Positions 9,195 to 19,291 are shown, counted from the first letter of the stretch. The stretch is 64,000 bases of DNA from Vicinamibacterales bacterium (GCA_040081715.1 JBEBFY010000017.1:319-64318), one strand, 5' to 3'. Notes: generated from the sequence alone by a model not told the origin. Numbers and translations: made by a program.

Positions 9195-9326
9195 ATGACA
9201 CACGCCCTGCATCGGGTCGTCGGCTTTTCGATCGAGGGTCCGTTTACCTTGTCCATGGCATTTGATAGCGATATCGCCATCTTCCCAGCGTATCCACCCT
9301 CTCGTCTAAGATCCTCGCTCCTGTGA
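9195..9326 (+). pseudogene. Probable truncated DUF2442-like gene fragment
   Basis: MTHALHRVVGFSIEGPFTLSMAFD resembles the N-terminus of DUF2442 proteins; the similarity stops after ~24 codons. Confidence 0.4.
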
Positions 9327-10120
9327 CCACCGAACAGAAGCGCCCTCTCAAGACGCTGGAACGCGTGCTGTCCAAGGCCGGCGTTGGGTCGCGGTCTCAG
9401 GCACGGAGCTGGATCCACGCGGGCCGCGTCACGGTCAACGGCCAGCCCACGCAGAACCCCGACGAGTGGGTGGACCCAGACCTCGACGACGTACGCTTCG
9501 ACACCAGGCCGCTCCCGCGCCCTGAGCCACGGTACGTCCTGCTTCACAAGCCGGTCGGGTATGTGACGACACGACGCGACCCGGATGGCCGCCCGATCGT
9601 GTTCGACCTCATCGGCGGCGTCGCGCAGACCGTGTCCTACGTTGGCCGACTCGACCTGGACACGTCCGGCCTGCTCCTGCTCACCAACGACAACGCGTTG
9701 GCCGAGCACGTCACCAACCCCGAGCATCACGTCCCCAAGACGTACGTGGTCGAGCCCTCCACGTGGCTCTCCGACGATCAACTGCAGCAACTGCGCGACG
9801 GCGTCAGCCTCGATGATGGCCCGACGCGCCCGGCCGACGTGAGGCGCGTCCCCCGCGCTGCGTCTCCACCCGACGGGACGTGCGCAGGTGCGGACGGCGG
9901 TGAACGCGCCGTCTGCGTCGCGATCACAATCACCGAGGGCCGCAACCGGCAGGTTCGCCGCATGGTCGAAGCACTGGGCGCACAGGTGCGCACCCTGGTG
10001 CGCACGTGCATCGGCCCCATCCAGTTGGGCGACCTGCCAGTGGGGAGTTGGCGCGACCTGACGCCTGACGAAGTCCGCGCCCTGCGACACCGCCACGCCA
10101 CGCCGTCGGCGATCGGCTGA
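9323..10120 (+). CDS. rRNA pseudouridine synthase, RsuA/RluB/E/F family
   Basis: N-terminal S4 domain (LERVLSKAGVGSRS..GRVTVNG), HKPVGYVTT, catalytic GRLDLDTSGLLLLTND, EGRNRQVRRM. Confidence 0.92.
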   Translation: MTTEQKRPLKTLERVLSKAGVGSRSQARSWIHAGRVTVNGQPTQNPDEWVDPDLDDVRFDTRPLPRPEPRYVLLHKPVGYVTTRRDPDGRPIVFDLIGGVAQTVSYVGRLDLDTSGLLLLTNDNALAEHVTNPEHHVPKTYVVEPSTWLSDDQLQQLRDGVSLDDGPTRPADVRRVPRAASPPDGTCAGADGGERAVCVAITITEGRNRQVRRMVEALGAQVRTLVRTCIGPIQLGDLPVGSWRDLTPDEVRALRHRHATPSAIG

Positions 10121-10173
10121 GTCGCCGGGCCCCTCGATGTCGGCCGGCGCGCGAACCGAGGCCGAGGCGGCCC

Positions 10174-11919
10174 TTACCCGAGCACGGGCAGGAATCGGGC
10201 GTTCTCAGCGGCGCGCTTGGGGGGCAGCGTCCACTCCTCGCGGAGCGATTTGTCGAACTCGTTCCGGAAGAAGGTGTCCTTCATGCCGCCGTCGATGATG
10301 TCCCAGGGCAGCACCGCGTCGTGTTCGCGGTCGCGGAATACGTAGGCGTCGGCATCCACGCCGGTTTCGGCACAGGCCGCGCGCCAGTTGCCGCCGTTGG
10401 CCTCGGCGGCTTCGATCACCGGCGCCACGCGCCGGTCGCCAAGCGAGAGCAACGCCTGGTAGAAGGAGTGCCGCTCGGACTTCACGGTGATGTAGCAGTT
10501 CTCGATGCCGCTCACGAGCGTCCGGAGCCGCTTCATCTTGCGGTCGAGCGACGCGGGGGCCTCCATCGGGATGCGCTGGTAGGCCGTGCCGGGCTTCGGC
10601 ACGAGCGGGTTCACGCTGCCGGCAATGTTGCCGATGCGCCCTCGCCCGCGCGCATGGCGCAGCATGATCTCGCGCAACTGCATGGTCAGGTCGCGGATGG
10701 CCACCAGATCCTCGTCGGTTTCGGTGGGGAGGCCGATCATGTAGTAGAGCTTCAGGCTCTCGATCCCCTCGGAGAAGATGGTCTCGGCGGCGGCCAGGAT
10801 CTCATCGTTGGTGACGGTCTTGTTGATGACGCGGCGCAGCCGGTCCGATCCAGTTTCCGGCGCAATCGTCAGGCTCCGCTCTCCACTCTGCTTGAGCAGC
10901 TTGACGATCGTCGGCGTGAGGTCGTCGAGACGCAGCGAGGCCGGGCTGATGGCGTAGCCCATGGCGATGAGGCTGGTCAGGATCAGCTCGATATCCGGAT
11001 GGTCGCAGAGCGCGATCGAGACAAGCCCGGTGCGGCTGGCATAGGCGCGCGCCGCCTGGGCGCGAGCCAGGATCCGCTCGGTGGGAAACGCGCGCACTGG
11101 CAGGTAGTTGTAGCCGGCCCAGCAGAAGCGGCACAGGTTGGCGCACCCGCGCACCACCTCGATCAGGAACCGCGACCCGAACTCGGTATCGGGCGTGAAG
11201 ATCGTCGTGCACGGCGGGTCCACCGTGTCGGTGGTGGAAAGGGCCGCCTTGCGGACGGTCTGTGGCGCGCCTGTGCCGGGCCTCGGGACGAACGCCGCCA
11301 CGGCACCGGGCTCCCCGTACTCCACGTCGTAGAACGACGGCACGTAGAACCCCCGCGAGGCCGCCAGCCTCGTGAGCAGATCGCCCCGGTCCGATGCCGC
11401 CCTCACGGCCGCCGCGAACGCGGGCACGAGGGCTTCACCCTCGCCAGCCGCCACGACATCCGCGAACAGGGCCAGCGGCTCTGGGTTCACGAAGGTCACG
11501 GCCCCGCCAATCATCACCAGCGGATGGCGCGTGGTGCGGTCCGCCGCCCGGAACGGCAGGCCGCAGAGGCGCAGCATGGTCAGGACGTTGGTGTAGTCCC
11601 ACTCGAAGGACACGGAGAAGGCGAGGACGTCGAAGTCCGCGACGGGCGTCTGCGACTCGATGGTGACGAGCCGTGCGCCACGCGCTCCGAGCGCGGCGAG
11701 CTCCTGCTTCGGCGGCAGGAACACGCGCTCGCACACGATGTCCGGTTCGTTGTTGAAGAGCGTGTAGACCGTCTGGAGGCCCAGATTAGACATCCCGACG
11801 AAGTACGTGTTGGGAAAGCAGATCGCCACGCGCAGCCGGCCGCCGTGGGGCTTGCGGACGTAGCCGACCTCCTTGGCCAGCACCTCCTGCGCCCGCGTCC
11901 GCTGCTCCCACTCCTGCAT
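10174..11919 (-). CDS. Radical SAM protein with N-terminal B12-binding-like domain (TIGR03960-like)
   Basis: FPNTYFVGMSNLG, CERVF, NPEPLALF, RGCANLCRFC (CxxxCxxC), SLTIAPETGSDRLR, KLYYMIGLPTET, VPKPGT. Confidence 0.85.
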   Translation of the reverse strand: MQEWEQRTRAQEVLAKEVGYVRKPHGGRLRVAICFPNTYFVGMSNLGLQTVYTLFNNEPDIVCERVFLPPKQELAALGARGARLVTIESQTPVADFDVLAFSVSFEWDYTNVLTMLRLCGLPFRAADRTTRHPLVMIGGAVTFVNPEPLALFADVVAAGEGEALVPAFAAAVRAASDRGDLLTRLAASRGFYVPSFYDVEYGEPGAVAAFVPRPGTGAPQTVRKAALSTTDTVDPPCTTIFTPDTEFGSRFLIEVVRGCANLCRFCWAGYNYLPVRAFPTERILARAQAARAYASRTGLVSIALCDHPDIELILTSLIAMGYAISPASLRLDDLTPTIVKLLKQSGERSLTIAPETGSDRLRRVINKTVTNDEILAAAETIFSEGIESLKLYYMIGLPTETDEDLVAIRDLTMQLREIMLRHARGRGRIGNIAGSVNPLVPKPGTAYQRIPMEAPASLDRKMKRLRTLVSGIENCYITVKSERHSFYQALLSLGDRRVAPVIEAAEANGGNWRAACAETGVDADAYVFRDREHDAVLPWDIIDGGMKDTFFRNEFDKSLREEWTLPPKRAAENARFLPVLG

Positions 11920-11931
11920 CCTCTGACTCTA

Positions 11932-11962
11932 GCGTAGTGGGGCGCAGTCCGCCCCGCTACGC
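11932..11962. terminator. GC-rich hairpin just 3' of ftsZ (possible terminator or processing stem)
   Basis: gcgtagtggggcg-cagtc-cgccccgctacgc; no clear U-tract. Confidence 0.45.
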
Positions 11963-11969
11963 GTCCCTC

Positions 11970-13259
11970 CTATTTCTGGCGGAGGAACGCGGGCACGTCG
12001 AGCGAGAGGTCGATGTCCTCCAGTCGCAGGGCGTCGGCATCCGGGTCCGGCGTGGTCAGGGGCAGAGCCATCTCGAACGCGGGCCGGCGCCCCATCTGGA
12101 GCTGCGGCGCAATCGCCGGCATGGCGCGTGACGTAATCACGACGGGCATGCCAACCGCCTCGCGTGCCGCCGGCTCCGAGACCTCGCGGACGGCAGCCGC
12201 GATCCGCTTGGCTTCGGCTTCCCAGCCGGAAAACTCGGTCGGGGTGTCGAACTGCGACGAGGCCACACGTCCGATGCTGTCAAAGCCGGTGGCAATCACG
12301 GTGATCTTCACGCGGCCCACGAGGTTCGGGTCCACCACGGCGCCGAAGATGATGTTGGCATCCTCGTGAGCGGCTTCCTGGATCGCGGCGGAGGCCTCAC
12401 CCACCTCCAGCAGGCCGAGGTCCGGTCCACCGGTCACGTTGATGATCACGCCGCGTGCGCCTTCCACGCGGCTGTCCTCGAGCAGCGGGCTCGAGATGGC
12501 GGCCCTGGCCGCGGCGAGCGCCCGGCCCTCGCCCTCGGCCACGCCGGTGCCCATCATGGCCACGCCCATGCCCGACATGATGGCCTTCACGTCCGCGAAG
12601 TCGAGGTTGATGAGGCCGGGCACCAGGATCAGATCCGAGATGCCCTGAATGGCCTGCCGCAGTACGTCGTCGGCCGTCACGAAGGCCTCGGTCATCGGCG
12701 TGCTGCGGTCGATGATGGAGAGCAGCCGTTCGTTCGGGATCGTGATGATGGTGTCGACGCACTCGCGAAGCGCGGCCAGGCCGGCTTCCGCCTGCTTCGC
12801 CCGCTTTTTCCCTTCGAAGGCGAAGGGCTTGGTCACGACCGCGATGGTGAGCGCGCCCAGCTCGCTGGCGAGCGCCGCAATCACCGGCGCCGCCCCCGTG
12901 CCCGTGCCGCCGCCGAGGCCCGTGGTGACGAAGATCATGTCGGCGCCCGAGAGCGCCTGCACGATGGATTCGGTGTCCTCGAGCGCGGCCTGACGGCCGA
13001 CTCTTGGATCAGCGCCGGCGCCAAGCCCCTTGGTCAGCTTTGAGCCGATCTGGAGCTTTATGGCCGCCTGGTTGTAGTCGAGGGCCTGCACGTCGGTATT
13101 GGCGACGATGAACTCCACGCCGCTCAGACCAGTCTGCACCATCCGGTTGACGGCGTTGCTACCGCCACCGCCGACTCCGATCACCTTGATCCTGGCGTCA
13201 CTCCGCGACTTGCGGTCGAGCGTCAGGCGCATGGGCTCATCACGTTCAGACATGAACAC
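11970..13259 (-). CDS. ftsZ: Cell division protein FtsZ
   Basis: [26 protein letters not shown] tubulin signature, INLDFADV, C-terminal LDVPAFLR. Confidence 0.98.
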   Translation of the reverse strand: MFMSERDEPMRLTLDRKSRSDARIKVIGVGGGGSNAVNRMVQTGLSGVEFIVANTDVQALDYNQAAIKLQIGSKLTKGLGAGADPRVGRQAALEDTESIVQALSGADMIFVTTGLGGGTGTGAAPVIAALASELGALTIAVVTKPFAFEGKKRAKQAEAGLAALRECVDTIITIPNERLLSIIDRSTPMTEAFVTADDVLRQAIQGISDLILVPGLINLDFADVKAIMSGMGVAMMGTGVAEGEGRALAAARAAISSPLLEDSRVEGARGVIINVTGGPDLGLLEVGEASAAIQEAAHEDANIIFGAVVDPNLVGRVKITVIATGFDSIGRVASSQFDTPTEFSGWEAEAKRIAAAVREVSEPAAREAVGMPVVITSRAMPAIAPQLQMGRRPAFEMALPLTTPDPDADALRLEDIDLSLDVPAFLRQK

Positions 13260-13265
13260 TCCTCT

Positions 13266-14477
13266 TTAGAAGAACTCTTTGAAAAGCCCGAAGACTTTAG
13301 TGAAGAAGCCGTCGCTGGCCGTGGGCGTGCTGTTGCGGTGGGCATAGAGCAGCAACCCCACGGGGGTGGCAAACCCGGGGCTGCTCACGTGGTCCACCAT
13401 CCCGCCTACGCCGATCGGTACGGCCCGGCGCACGGGCAGGTCGAAAATCTGCTCGGCGATCTCGGTCATGCCTTCGAGCATCGCGCCGCCGCCGGCCAGC
13501 ACGATGCCCGAGTTGAGCGACTTCTCGCAGCCGGCCTTGCGGATGTCGTCCCACACCAGGTGGAAGATCTCCTCGGCACGAGGTTGCAGAATTTCGGAGA
13601 CGATCCTCCGTGGCATCACCCGCGGCGCCCGGCCGCCGACGCTCGGCACCTCGATGGTGTCGTCCTCGCCGACCATCGAGGAGAGCGCACACCCGTGCCG
13701 GCGCTTCACCTTCTCCGCGTCAGGAATCGGCGTGCGCAGCCCGACGGCGATGTCGTTGGTGAAGTGGTCGCCACCGACGGCCACCACGCCCGTGTGCCAC
13801 AAGCTTCCGCGCTCGAAGATCGCGAGGTCCGTGGTGCCGCCGCCGATATCCACGAGCGCCACGCCGAGTTCCTTCTCGTCCGGCGTCAGCACGGCTTCGG
13901 CCGCCGCGAGCTGGTCGATGACCGTGTCCTTCACCACCACACCGGCGCGGTTGACGCAGGCGATGATGTTCTGCGCCGACGACACGCTCCCGGTCACGAT
14001 GTGCACGTTGACCTCGAGCCGCGACCCCTGCATCCCGATCGGCGCGCCGATGCCGTCCTGGTCGTCCACGACGAAGTCCTGCGGCAGCACGTGCAGGATC
14101 TCGCGTCCAGCCGGAAGCGTCACCGCCTTGGCGGCGTCGATCGCGCGGCGGACGTCGTCGGCCGTCACTTCCCGATTCTTGCCCGCCACGGCAATCACCC
14201 CCCGGCTGTTGAAACCCTTCACGTGGGGCCCAGCCAGCGCCAGATTGACCGAGTCGATGTCGATGCCGGCCATCCGCTCGGCTTCCTCGATCGCCTTCTT
14301 GATGGCCTCGACCGCGGCGTCGAGGTTCACCACGACGCCGCGCTTGATGCCCTTGGATTCGGCCACACCGATACCGGCAATGTGGACCGCGTCGTCGCCG
14401 ACCAGTTCACCGACTACGACGATGACCGTAGACGTGCCGACATCGAGGCCGACGATGTACCGTTCTTTTCGCGCCAC
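13266..14477 (-). CDS. ftsA: Cell division protein FtsA
   Basis: VGLDVGT, LVDIGGGTTD, GGDHFTNDIA, AEKVK, GIVLAGGGA; amphipathic C-terminus KVFGLFKEFF. Confidence 0.97.
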   Translation of the reverse strand: MARKERYIVGLDVGTSTVIVVVGELVGDDAVHIAGIGVAESKGIKRGVVVNLDAAVEAIKKAIEEAERMAGIDIDSVNLALAGPHVKGFNSRGVIAVAGKNREVTADDVRRAIDAAKAVTLPAGREILHVLPQDFVVDDQDGIGAPIGMQGSRLEVNVHIVTGSVSSAQNIIACVNRAGVVVKDTVIDQLAAAEAVLTPDEKELGVALVDIGGGTTDLAIFERGSLWHTGVVAVGGDHFTNDIAVGLRTPIPDAEKVKRRHGCALSSMVGEDDTIEVPSVGGRAPRVMPRRIVSEILQPRAEEIFHLVWDDIRKAGCEKSLNSGIVLAGGGAMLEGMTEIAEQIFDLPVRRAVPIGVGGMVDHVSSPGFATPVGLLLYAHRNSTPTASDGFFTKVFGLFKEFF

Positions 14478-14497
14478 CCTGAAACCCTCCCGCCGCG

Positions 14498-15460
14498 CTA
14501 CCGGCGCCTGCCCTGCGTTTTCCCGCGCGGCCGCGCCGCAGCCGTGCCCTTCTCGCCCGAACTCGTCCGCGTGTCCACCGACGGTCTAATTACCGCGGTT
14601 CCATCTCCGAGCGGCCGGTCCGACACGGGCCGGGACCGCGGCTCCGGAGCGCCGGCAGGCCGCACGTACACCCGGTTGTCGAAACGCACGTCCGCGTAGT
14701 CGGCCGTGGGCACCTGCTCCCGGAGCGTCGGTGCCAGGTCGAAGTAGGTCTGCAGGCGGCGCACGAACTGCTCCTCGCCGAGGCGCACCAGCGTCGGGTC
14801 ATCCTTCAGGGTGAGCACGGCGTTGTGCGAGTCGGTGACATCGATCTCTGATACGCGCGCAGCCAGATCGCGCCGCGTCGAGACCGCATCGAAGACCTTC
14901 ACGGCAAGGGCCGCCCGCAGGGCGTCCACCCTGGGCTCTTCAACCGGCTGACCGCCATCGAGCCCGGTCAGGATCGGCAGGTCCAGCTCGGCATAGTTGG
15001 GGCCGTACTCGTCGATGAGGTTGCCCTGCCGGTCCACGAGAAAGAGCGCGTCGCCAAGGCGGCCGATGCCGATCGGCATGCGCTCCACCACCGTGACCGC
15101 CACGCGTCCCGGAAACACGCGTCGGATCGCCGCGTCGGCCACCCACGGCGATGCCTTGAGCAATGCCTTCCATGCCTCCAGGTCGACGGAGAGCATGTTC
15201 TGGCCGCGCAGCCCATCGAGCAGGGACACGACTTCGCCGGTGGACATCCTGGCGTTACCTTCCACGGTGATGCGCTGGATCACGAGCGCATCGGCGCTCA
15301 TGGCGAACGTCACGCCCTGATAACCGGCGTAGACCGCCACGCCCAACCCGAGCGCCACGGCGGTCACCACCTTCCAGTCGGGCGGCCACAGTCTGCGGCG
15401 GCGTGTCGGCTGGATGTGCGCACGCCGGAAACGCTTGTCGGCCGGCGCCTGAATGCTCAT
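14498..15460 (-). CDS. ftsQ: Cell division protein FtsQ/DivIB
   Basis: Single TM, POTRA domain (ITVEGN..SPWVADAAIRRVFPGRVAVTVVER), LPILTG, YADVRFDNRVYVRP; position between murC and ftsA. Confidence 0.92.
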   Translation of the reverse strand: MSIQAPADKRFRRAHIQPTRRRRLWPPDWKVVTAVALGLGVAVYAGYQGVTFAMSADALVIQRITVEGNARMSTGEVVSLLDGLRGQNMLSVDLEAWKALLKASPWVADAAIRRVFPGRVAVTVVERMPIGIGRLGDALFLVDRQGNLIDEYGPNYAELDLPILTGLDGGQPVEEPRVDALRAALAVKVFDAVSTRRDLAARVSEIDVTDSHNAVLTLKDDPTLVRLGEEQFVRRLQTYFDLAPTLREQVPTADYADVRFDNRVYVRPAGAPEPRSRPVSDRPLGDGTAVIRPSVDTRTSSGEKGTAAARPRGKTQGRRR

Positions 15461-16842
15461 GCCCGGCTCCCTGCATGCGCGGCCAGATGCTCCAGCAACC
15501 GCGGCGGCACAGTACCCACCGAGCCGGCGCCCAGCGTAATGACGGCATCGCCTGGGCGGGCCAGGGCCGCCACCTGCGACACAGCCTCGGCCAGCGACCG
15601 CGCGATGTGCACGCGAACGCCAGCCCGTTGCATCGACGCGGCCAGCGCCTCCACGGTCACGCCCGGAATCGGGTCTTCTCCAGCCGCATAGATATCGGTG
15701 AGCACCACCTCGCCGACGCCGTCGAAGGCGGGGCCGAAGTCGTCCAGCAGCAACGAGGTCCGCGAGTAGCGATGGGGCTGAAAGAGCACGAGCAGCCGCC
15801 GGTCCAGTGACGACCGTGCCGCCGCCACCACGGCGCGGATCTCCGTGGGGTGATGGCCGTAGTCGTCGATCACCAGCACGCCACCAGCCTCCCCGTAGCG
15901 CTGAAACCGGCGCTCGGCGCCCTGGAAGGCGGCCAGGCCCGCCGCTACCTGCACGAACGGGACGCCCAGTTCCGTCGCCACACCTACTGCGGCGAGCGCG
16001 TTCAGCAGGTTGTGGTGCCCGGGCACCTGGAGCTCAAGCGGCCCCAGCAGTGCCTCGCCCTTCCACACGGTCGCCCGCACGCCGAACGCACCAAGCTTCA
16101 CGTCCCGCGCCACGATGTCGGCCGGGCGGTCAATCCCGTAGGTCACGGCACGGCGCCGGAGCTGCGGCACGAGCTGGGCGACGTACGGGTCGTCGGTGCA
16201 CGCCACCACGCCACCGTAGAAGGGCGTGCGGTTGGCAAACTCCAGAAACGCAGCACAGAGCGCATCGAATGACCCGTAGCTCTCCATGTGCTCGCGGTCG
16301 ATGTTGGTCACCACGGCCACCGTGGGCCAGAGCATCAGGAACGAGCGGTCGCTCTCGTCGGCTTCCGCCACGAGGTACTCGCCCCGGCCCAACCGCGCGT
16401 TGCCTCCAAAGGCGCTCAGCCGTCCGCCGATCACCGCGGTCGGGTCAAGGCCCGCCCGCTCGAGCACCAGCGCCACCATCGAGGTCGTGGTGGTCTTGCC
16501 GTGCGCCCCGGCCACGGCGATCGAATACTTCAGCCGCATCAGTTCGGCGAGCATCTCGGCCCGCGCGATGACCGGGATCCCGCGGCGATGCGCCTCGGCC
16601 ACTTCGGGGTTGTCGGGCCGGACGGCCGCCGAGATGACGACAACGTCGGTGTCGCCCAGGTGCACGGCGGCGTGGCCTAAGTGCACCACGGCCCCGAGTG
16701 TCTGCAGCCGTGCGGTGATGTCGGTCGACCGCGCGTCGGACCCGCTGACGCCAAAGCCCAGGTTGAGCAGGAGCTCGGCGATCCCGCTCATGCCGATGCC
16801 CCCGATCCCGACGAAGTGTGCGTGCCTGGTGCGGCCCAGCAT
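15457..16842 (-). CDS. murC: UDP-N-acetylmuramate--L-alanine ligase
   Basis: HFVGIGGIGMSGIA, GAHGKTTTT, EADESD, DDYGHHPTEI, FQPHRYSRT. Start placed at ATG 16842, overlapping the murG stop. Confidence 0.97.
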   Translation of the reverse strand: MLGRTRHAHFVGIGGIGMSGIAELLLNLGFGVSGSDARSTDITARLQTLGAVVHLGHAAVHLGDTDVVVISAAVRPDNPEVAEAHRRGIPVIARAEMLAELMRLKYSIAVAGAHGKTTTTSMVALVLERAGLDPTAVIGGRLSAFGGNARLGRGEYLVAEADESDRSFLMLWPTVAVVTNIDREHMESYGSFDALCAAFLEFANRTPFYGGVVACTDDPYVAQLVPQLRRRAVTYGIDRPADIVARDVKLGAFGVRATVWKGEALLGPLELQVPGHHNLLNALAAVGVATELGVPFVQVAAGLAAFQGAERRFQRYGEAGGVLVIDDYGHHPTEIRAVVAAARSSLDRRLLVLFQPHRYSRTSLLLDDFGPAFDGVGEVVLTDIYAAGEDPIPGVTVEALAASMQRAGVRVHIARSLAEAVSQVAALARPGDAVITLGAGSVGTVPPRLLEHLAAHAGSRA

Positions 16843-17948
16843 CACGCCGCCTCTCCCGCGACGCCGGCCAACGCCAGCCCGCGGTCCACGATGATCCGAG
16901 CCGCATCGGGCCTGGCGCACGCCGCCAGCCGCTCCCGCATGCGCTCCCGGCGTGTGGCGTCAGAGGCCAACGCCAGAATCTCGGCGGCCAGCCGCTCGCC
17001 GGTCAGTTCCCGCTGCTCCACCAGCACAGCCGCCTGCTGGTTCACGAACGCCCGCGCATTCCACCGCTGGTGGTCGTCGGTGGCCGTCGGCAGCGGCACG
17101 AGCACGGCCGGCAGTTGCGCGACGGCGAGCTCGGCAAGGGTCGTGGCGCCGGCGCGGCACACCGCAAGGTCGGCGGCCGCCATCTGCTGGTCCATGTCGA
17201 AGAAGAACGGCTCGACGCGGGCGTCGAGCCCGGTCTGACGGTAGGCGTCGCGCACAGCGGCCAGATCGCGCTCGCCCGTCTGGTGCACGACGGACACACG
17301 CGTGCCGCCCGCGGCCAGCCGTGGAGCCGCCGCCGCCATAGCCTCGTTGATCGCGTGCGCCCCCTGGGAGCCGCCGAAGACGAGCACCCTCACCTGCCCC
17401 CCCCCGGATCTGCCCGGCTCATCGGCACGCTCCGGCTGACGCCGCGCGAACTGCGCGCGTACGGGATTGCCCGAGACGAAAGCCTTGCCGCCGAACCAGC
17501 GCAGGCTCTCCTCGTAGGTCACCGCAGCACTCTTCACCACGCGCGCCAGCAGCCGGTTGGTCAACCCGGGCACCGCGTTCTGCTCGAGCAGCATCGTCGG
17601 AATGCCGCGCAGCGCGGCCAGCGCCACGACCGGCCCGGAGCTGTAGCCACCCACGCCCAGTACCAGGCTCGGCTGCCGCCGGCTGATCACCGACCACGCG
17701 TCGATCCCCGAAAGCGGCAGCAGCGCCAGCCCGCGGAGGAGCGACCCGATCGACTTGCCCTTCAGGCCCCCGCTCCGGATCACATCCAGCGGATAGCCTT
17801 CCCGCGGAATCACCCGCGCTTCGATCCCCGACGCCGTGCCGACGAAGGTCACCACCGCGCCCGCCACGCGTGCGCGCAGCTCCGCCGCCACCGCCAGTCC
17901 GGGGTAGAGATGCCCGCCCGTGCCGCCGCCTGCAATGAGCACCCGCAT
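16842..17948 (-). CDS. murG: Lipid II GlcNAc transferase MurG
   Basis: GGGTGGHLYP, GGYSSGP, EQNAVPG, GNPVR, GGSQGA, RAGATTLAE, HQRWNA. Confidence 0.98.
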   Translation of the reverse strand: MRVLIAGGGTGGHLYPGLAVAAELRARVAGAVVTFVGTASGIEARVIPREGYPLDVIRSGGLKGKSIGSLLRGLALLPLSGIDAWSVISRRQPSLVLGVGGYSSGPVVALAALRGIPTMLLEQNAVPGLTNRLLARVVKSAAVTYEESLRWFGGKAFVSGNPVRAQFARRQPERADEPGRSGGGQVRVLVFGGSQGAHAINEAMAAAAPRLAAGGTRVSVVHQTGERDLAAVRDAYRQTGLDARVEPFFFDMDQQMAAADLAVCRAGATTLAELAVAQLPAVLVPLPTATDDHQRWNARAFVNQQAAVLVEQRELTGERLAAEILALASDATRRERMRERLAACARPDAARIIVDRGLALAGVAGEAA

Positions 17949-19049
17949 TCATGCCTCGGCGGACTCGTGCTGGGAGATGTTCAGCAGCATCCCCATGGCC
18001 AGCAGGCTGATGAGAAGCGACGAACCCCCGTTGCTCACAAGCGGCAACGGGATGCCCTTGGTGGGCAGCAGGCTCAGCACCATGCTGATGTTCACGAAGG
18101 CCTGCACGCCGATCATCGTGGTCAGGCCCAGCGCGACGAACGACCCGAACGAGTCCTCGGCACGCACCGAGACACGCAGCCCACGCCAGGTGATGACGAC
18201 AAAGCAGATGAGCACCGCCGACGCACCGATGAGTCCCAGTTCCTCGGCGATGACGGCGTAGATGAAATCCGTGTGCGGCTCGGGCAGGTAGAAGAGCTTC
18301 TGCACGCCAGCCATCAACCCCTTGCCCTGGACGCCGCCTGTGCCTACGGCGATCAGTGACTGGATGATGTGAAAGCCGGCGCCCAGCGGGTCCTTCCACG
18401 GATCCCAGAAGATCATGAACCGCTTCACGCGGTAGGGCTCGGCCACCAGGATGGCGATGACGGCCGGAATCATCACGACCAGCATCCCGAGGAGATACCG
18501 GTAGTTCAACCCGGCCGCGAAGGCCATCACCAGGACGATGACCAGCAGCGTCACGGCCGTGCCGAAGTCCGGCTGCAGCAGGATGAGCAACATCAGCCCG
18601 CCGGTAATCAGCCCGACGGGCAGCAGGGAGTAGCGCAAGTCGTTGATGCGGTGCGCCCGCCGTTCAAGCGTAACGGCCGTGAAGAGCACACAGGCCACCT
18701 TGGCCAGTTCCGACGGCTGGATGCCAAGCCCGCCGATGCCGAACCAGCGACGAGAGCCGTTGACCGGTGAGCTGAAGAGCACCCCGGCCAGCATCAGGCC
18801 GACGACGCCGAGCACCGCCCACACCACGCGGTCGTCCTTGTAGAGCCGGTAGTCGACGCGGGAGGCGATGGCCATGACGGCCAGCCCGAGCGCCGCCCAG
18901 AGCGCCTGCTTCGTCAGGAACAGGTTGGGCTGCTGGAAGCGGTCCATCGCGACCACGGCCGAGGCGCTGTAGACCATCACCACGCTCGTACACACGAGCA
19001 GCAGCGTGGCAACAAAGAGCGGCCGGTCAGCCTTTCTGGTGCGCGACAT
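17949..19049 (-). CDS. ftsW: SEDS peptidoglycan polymerase FtsW
   Basis: MVYSAS, NGSRRW, QPSELAK, QPDFGT, LPEPHTDFI, LPTKGIPLPLVSNGGSS. Confidence 0.97.
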   Translation of the reverse strand: MSRTRKADRPLFVATLLLVCTSVVMVYSASAVVAMDRFQQPNLFLTKQALWAALGLAVMAIASRVDYRLYKDDRVVWAVLGVVGLMLAGVLFSSPVNGSRRWFGIGGLGIQPSELAKVACVLFTAVTLERRAHRINDLRYSLLPVGLITGGLMLLILLQPDFGTAVTLLVIVLVMAFAAGLNYRYLLGMLVVMIPAVIAILVAEPYRVKRFMIFWDPWKDPLGAGFHIIQSLIAVGTGGVQGKGLMAGVQKLFYLPEPHTDFIYAVIAEELGLIGASAVLICFVVITWRGLRVSVRAEDSFGSFVALGLTTMIGVQAFVNISMVLSLLPTKGIPLPLVSNGGSSLLISLLAMGMLLNISQHESAEA

Positions 19050-19162
19050 GGATACCCGTGCTCCCCCCTATCAATTCCCGAACTACAGTTCCCGAACCTT
19101 CGAGCCGACACAGTGTCTGGCACAGGACGGGACAGTCCCGCCTGGGGCGACTCGGGTTCTAT

Positions 19163-19291
19163 CGTGAGCGGTCAGCAGTCATCAGCCGGCCCGTGGAGAG
19201 GGACACCATCCTCCCAGACCGGGGTGGTCTGGGCTCCCAGCGGTTGGTTCCCGCCCGCGCCGTGCCGACTGACGACTGCTGACCGCTCACG
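19163..19291. repeat. 28-bp imperfect inverted repeat enclosing an inner hairpin, between murD and ftsW
   Basis: cgtgagcggtcagcagtcatcagccggc (19163-19190) versus gccgactgacgactgctgaccgctcacg (19264-19291), 2 mismatches; inner stem cccagacc/ggtctggg (19213-19233). Confidence 0.8.
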
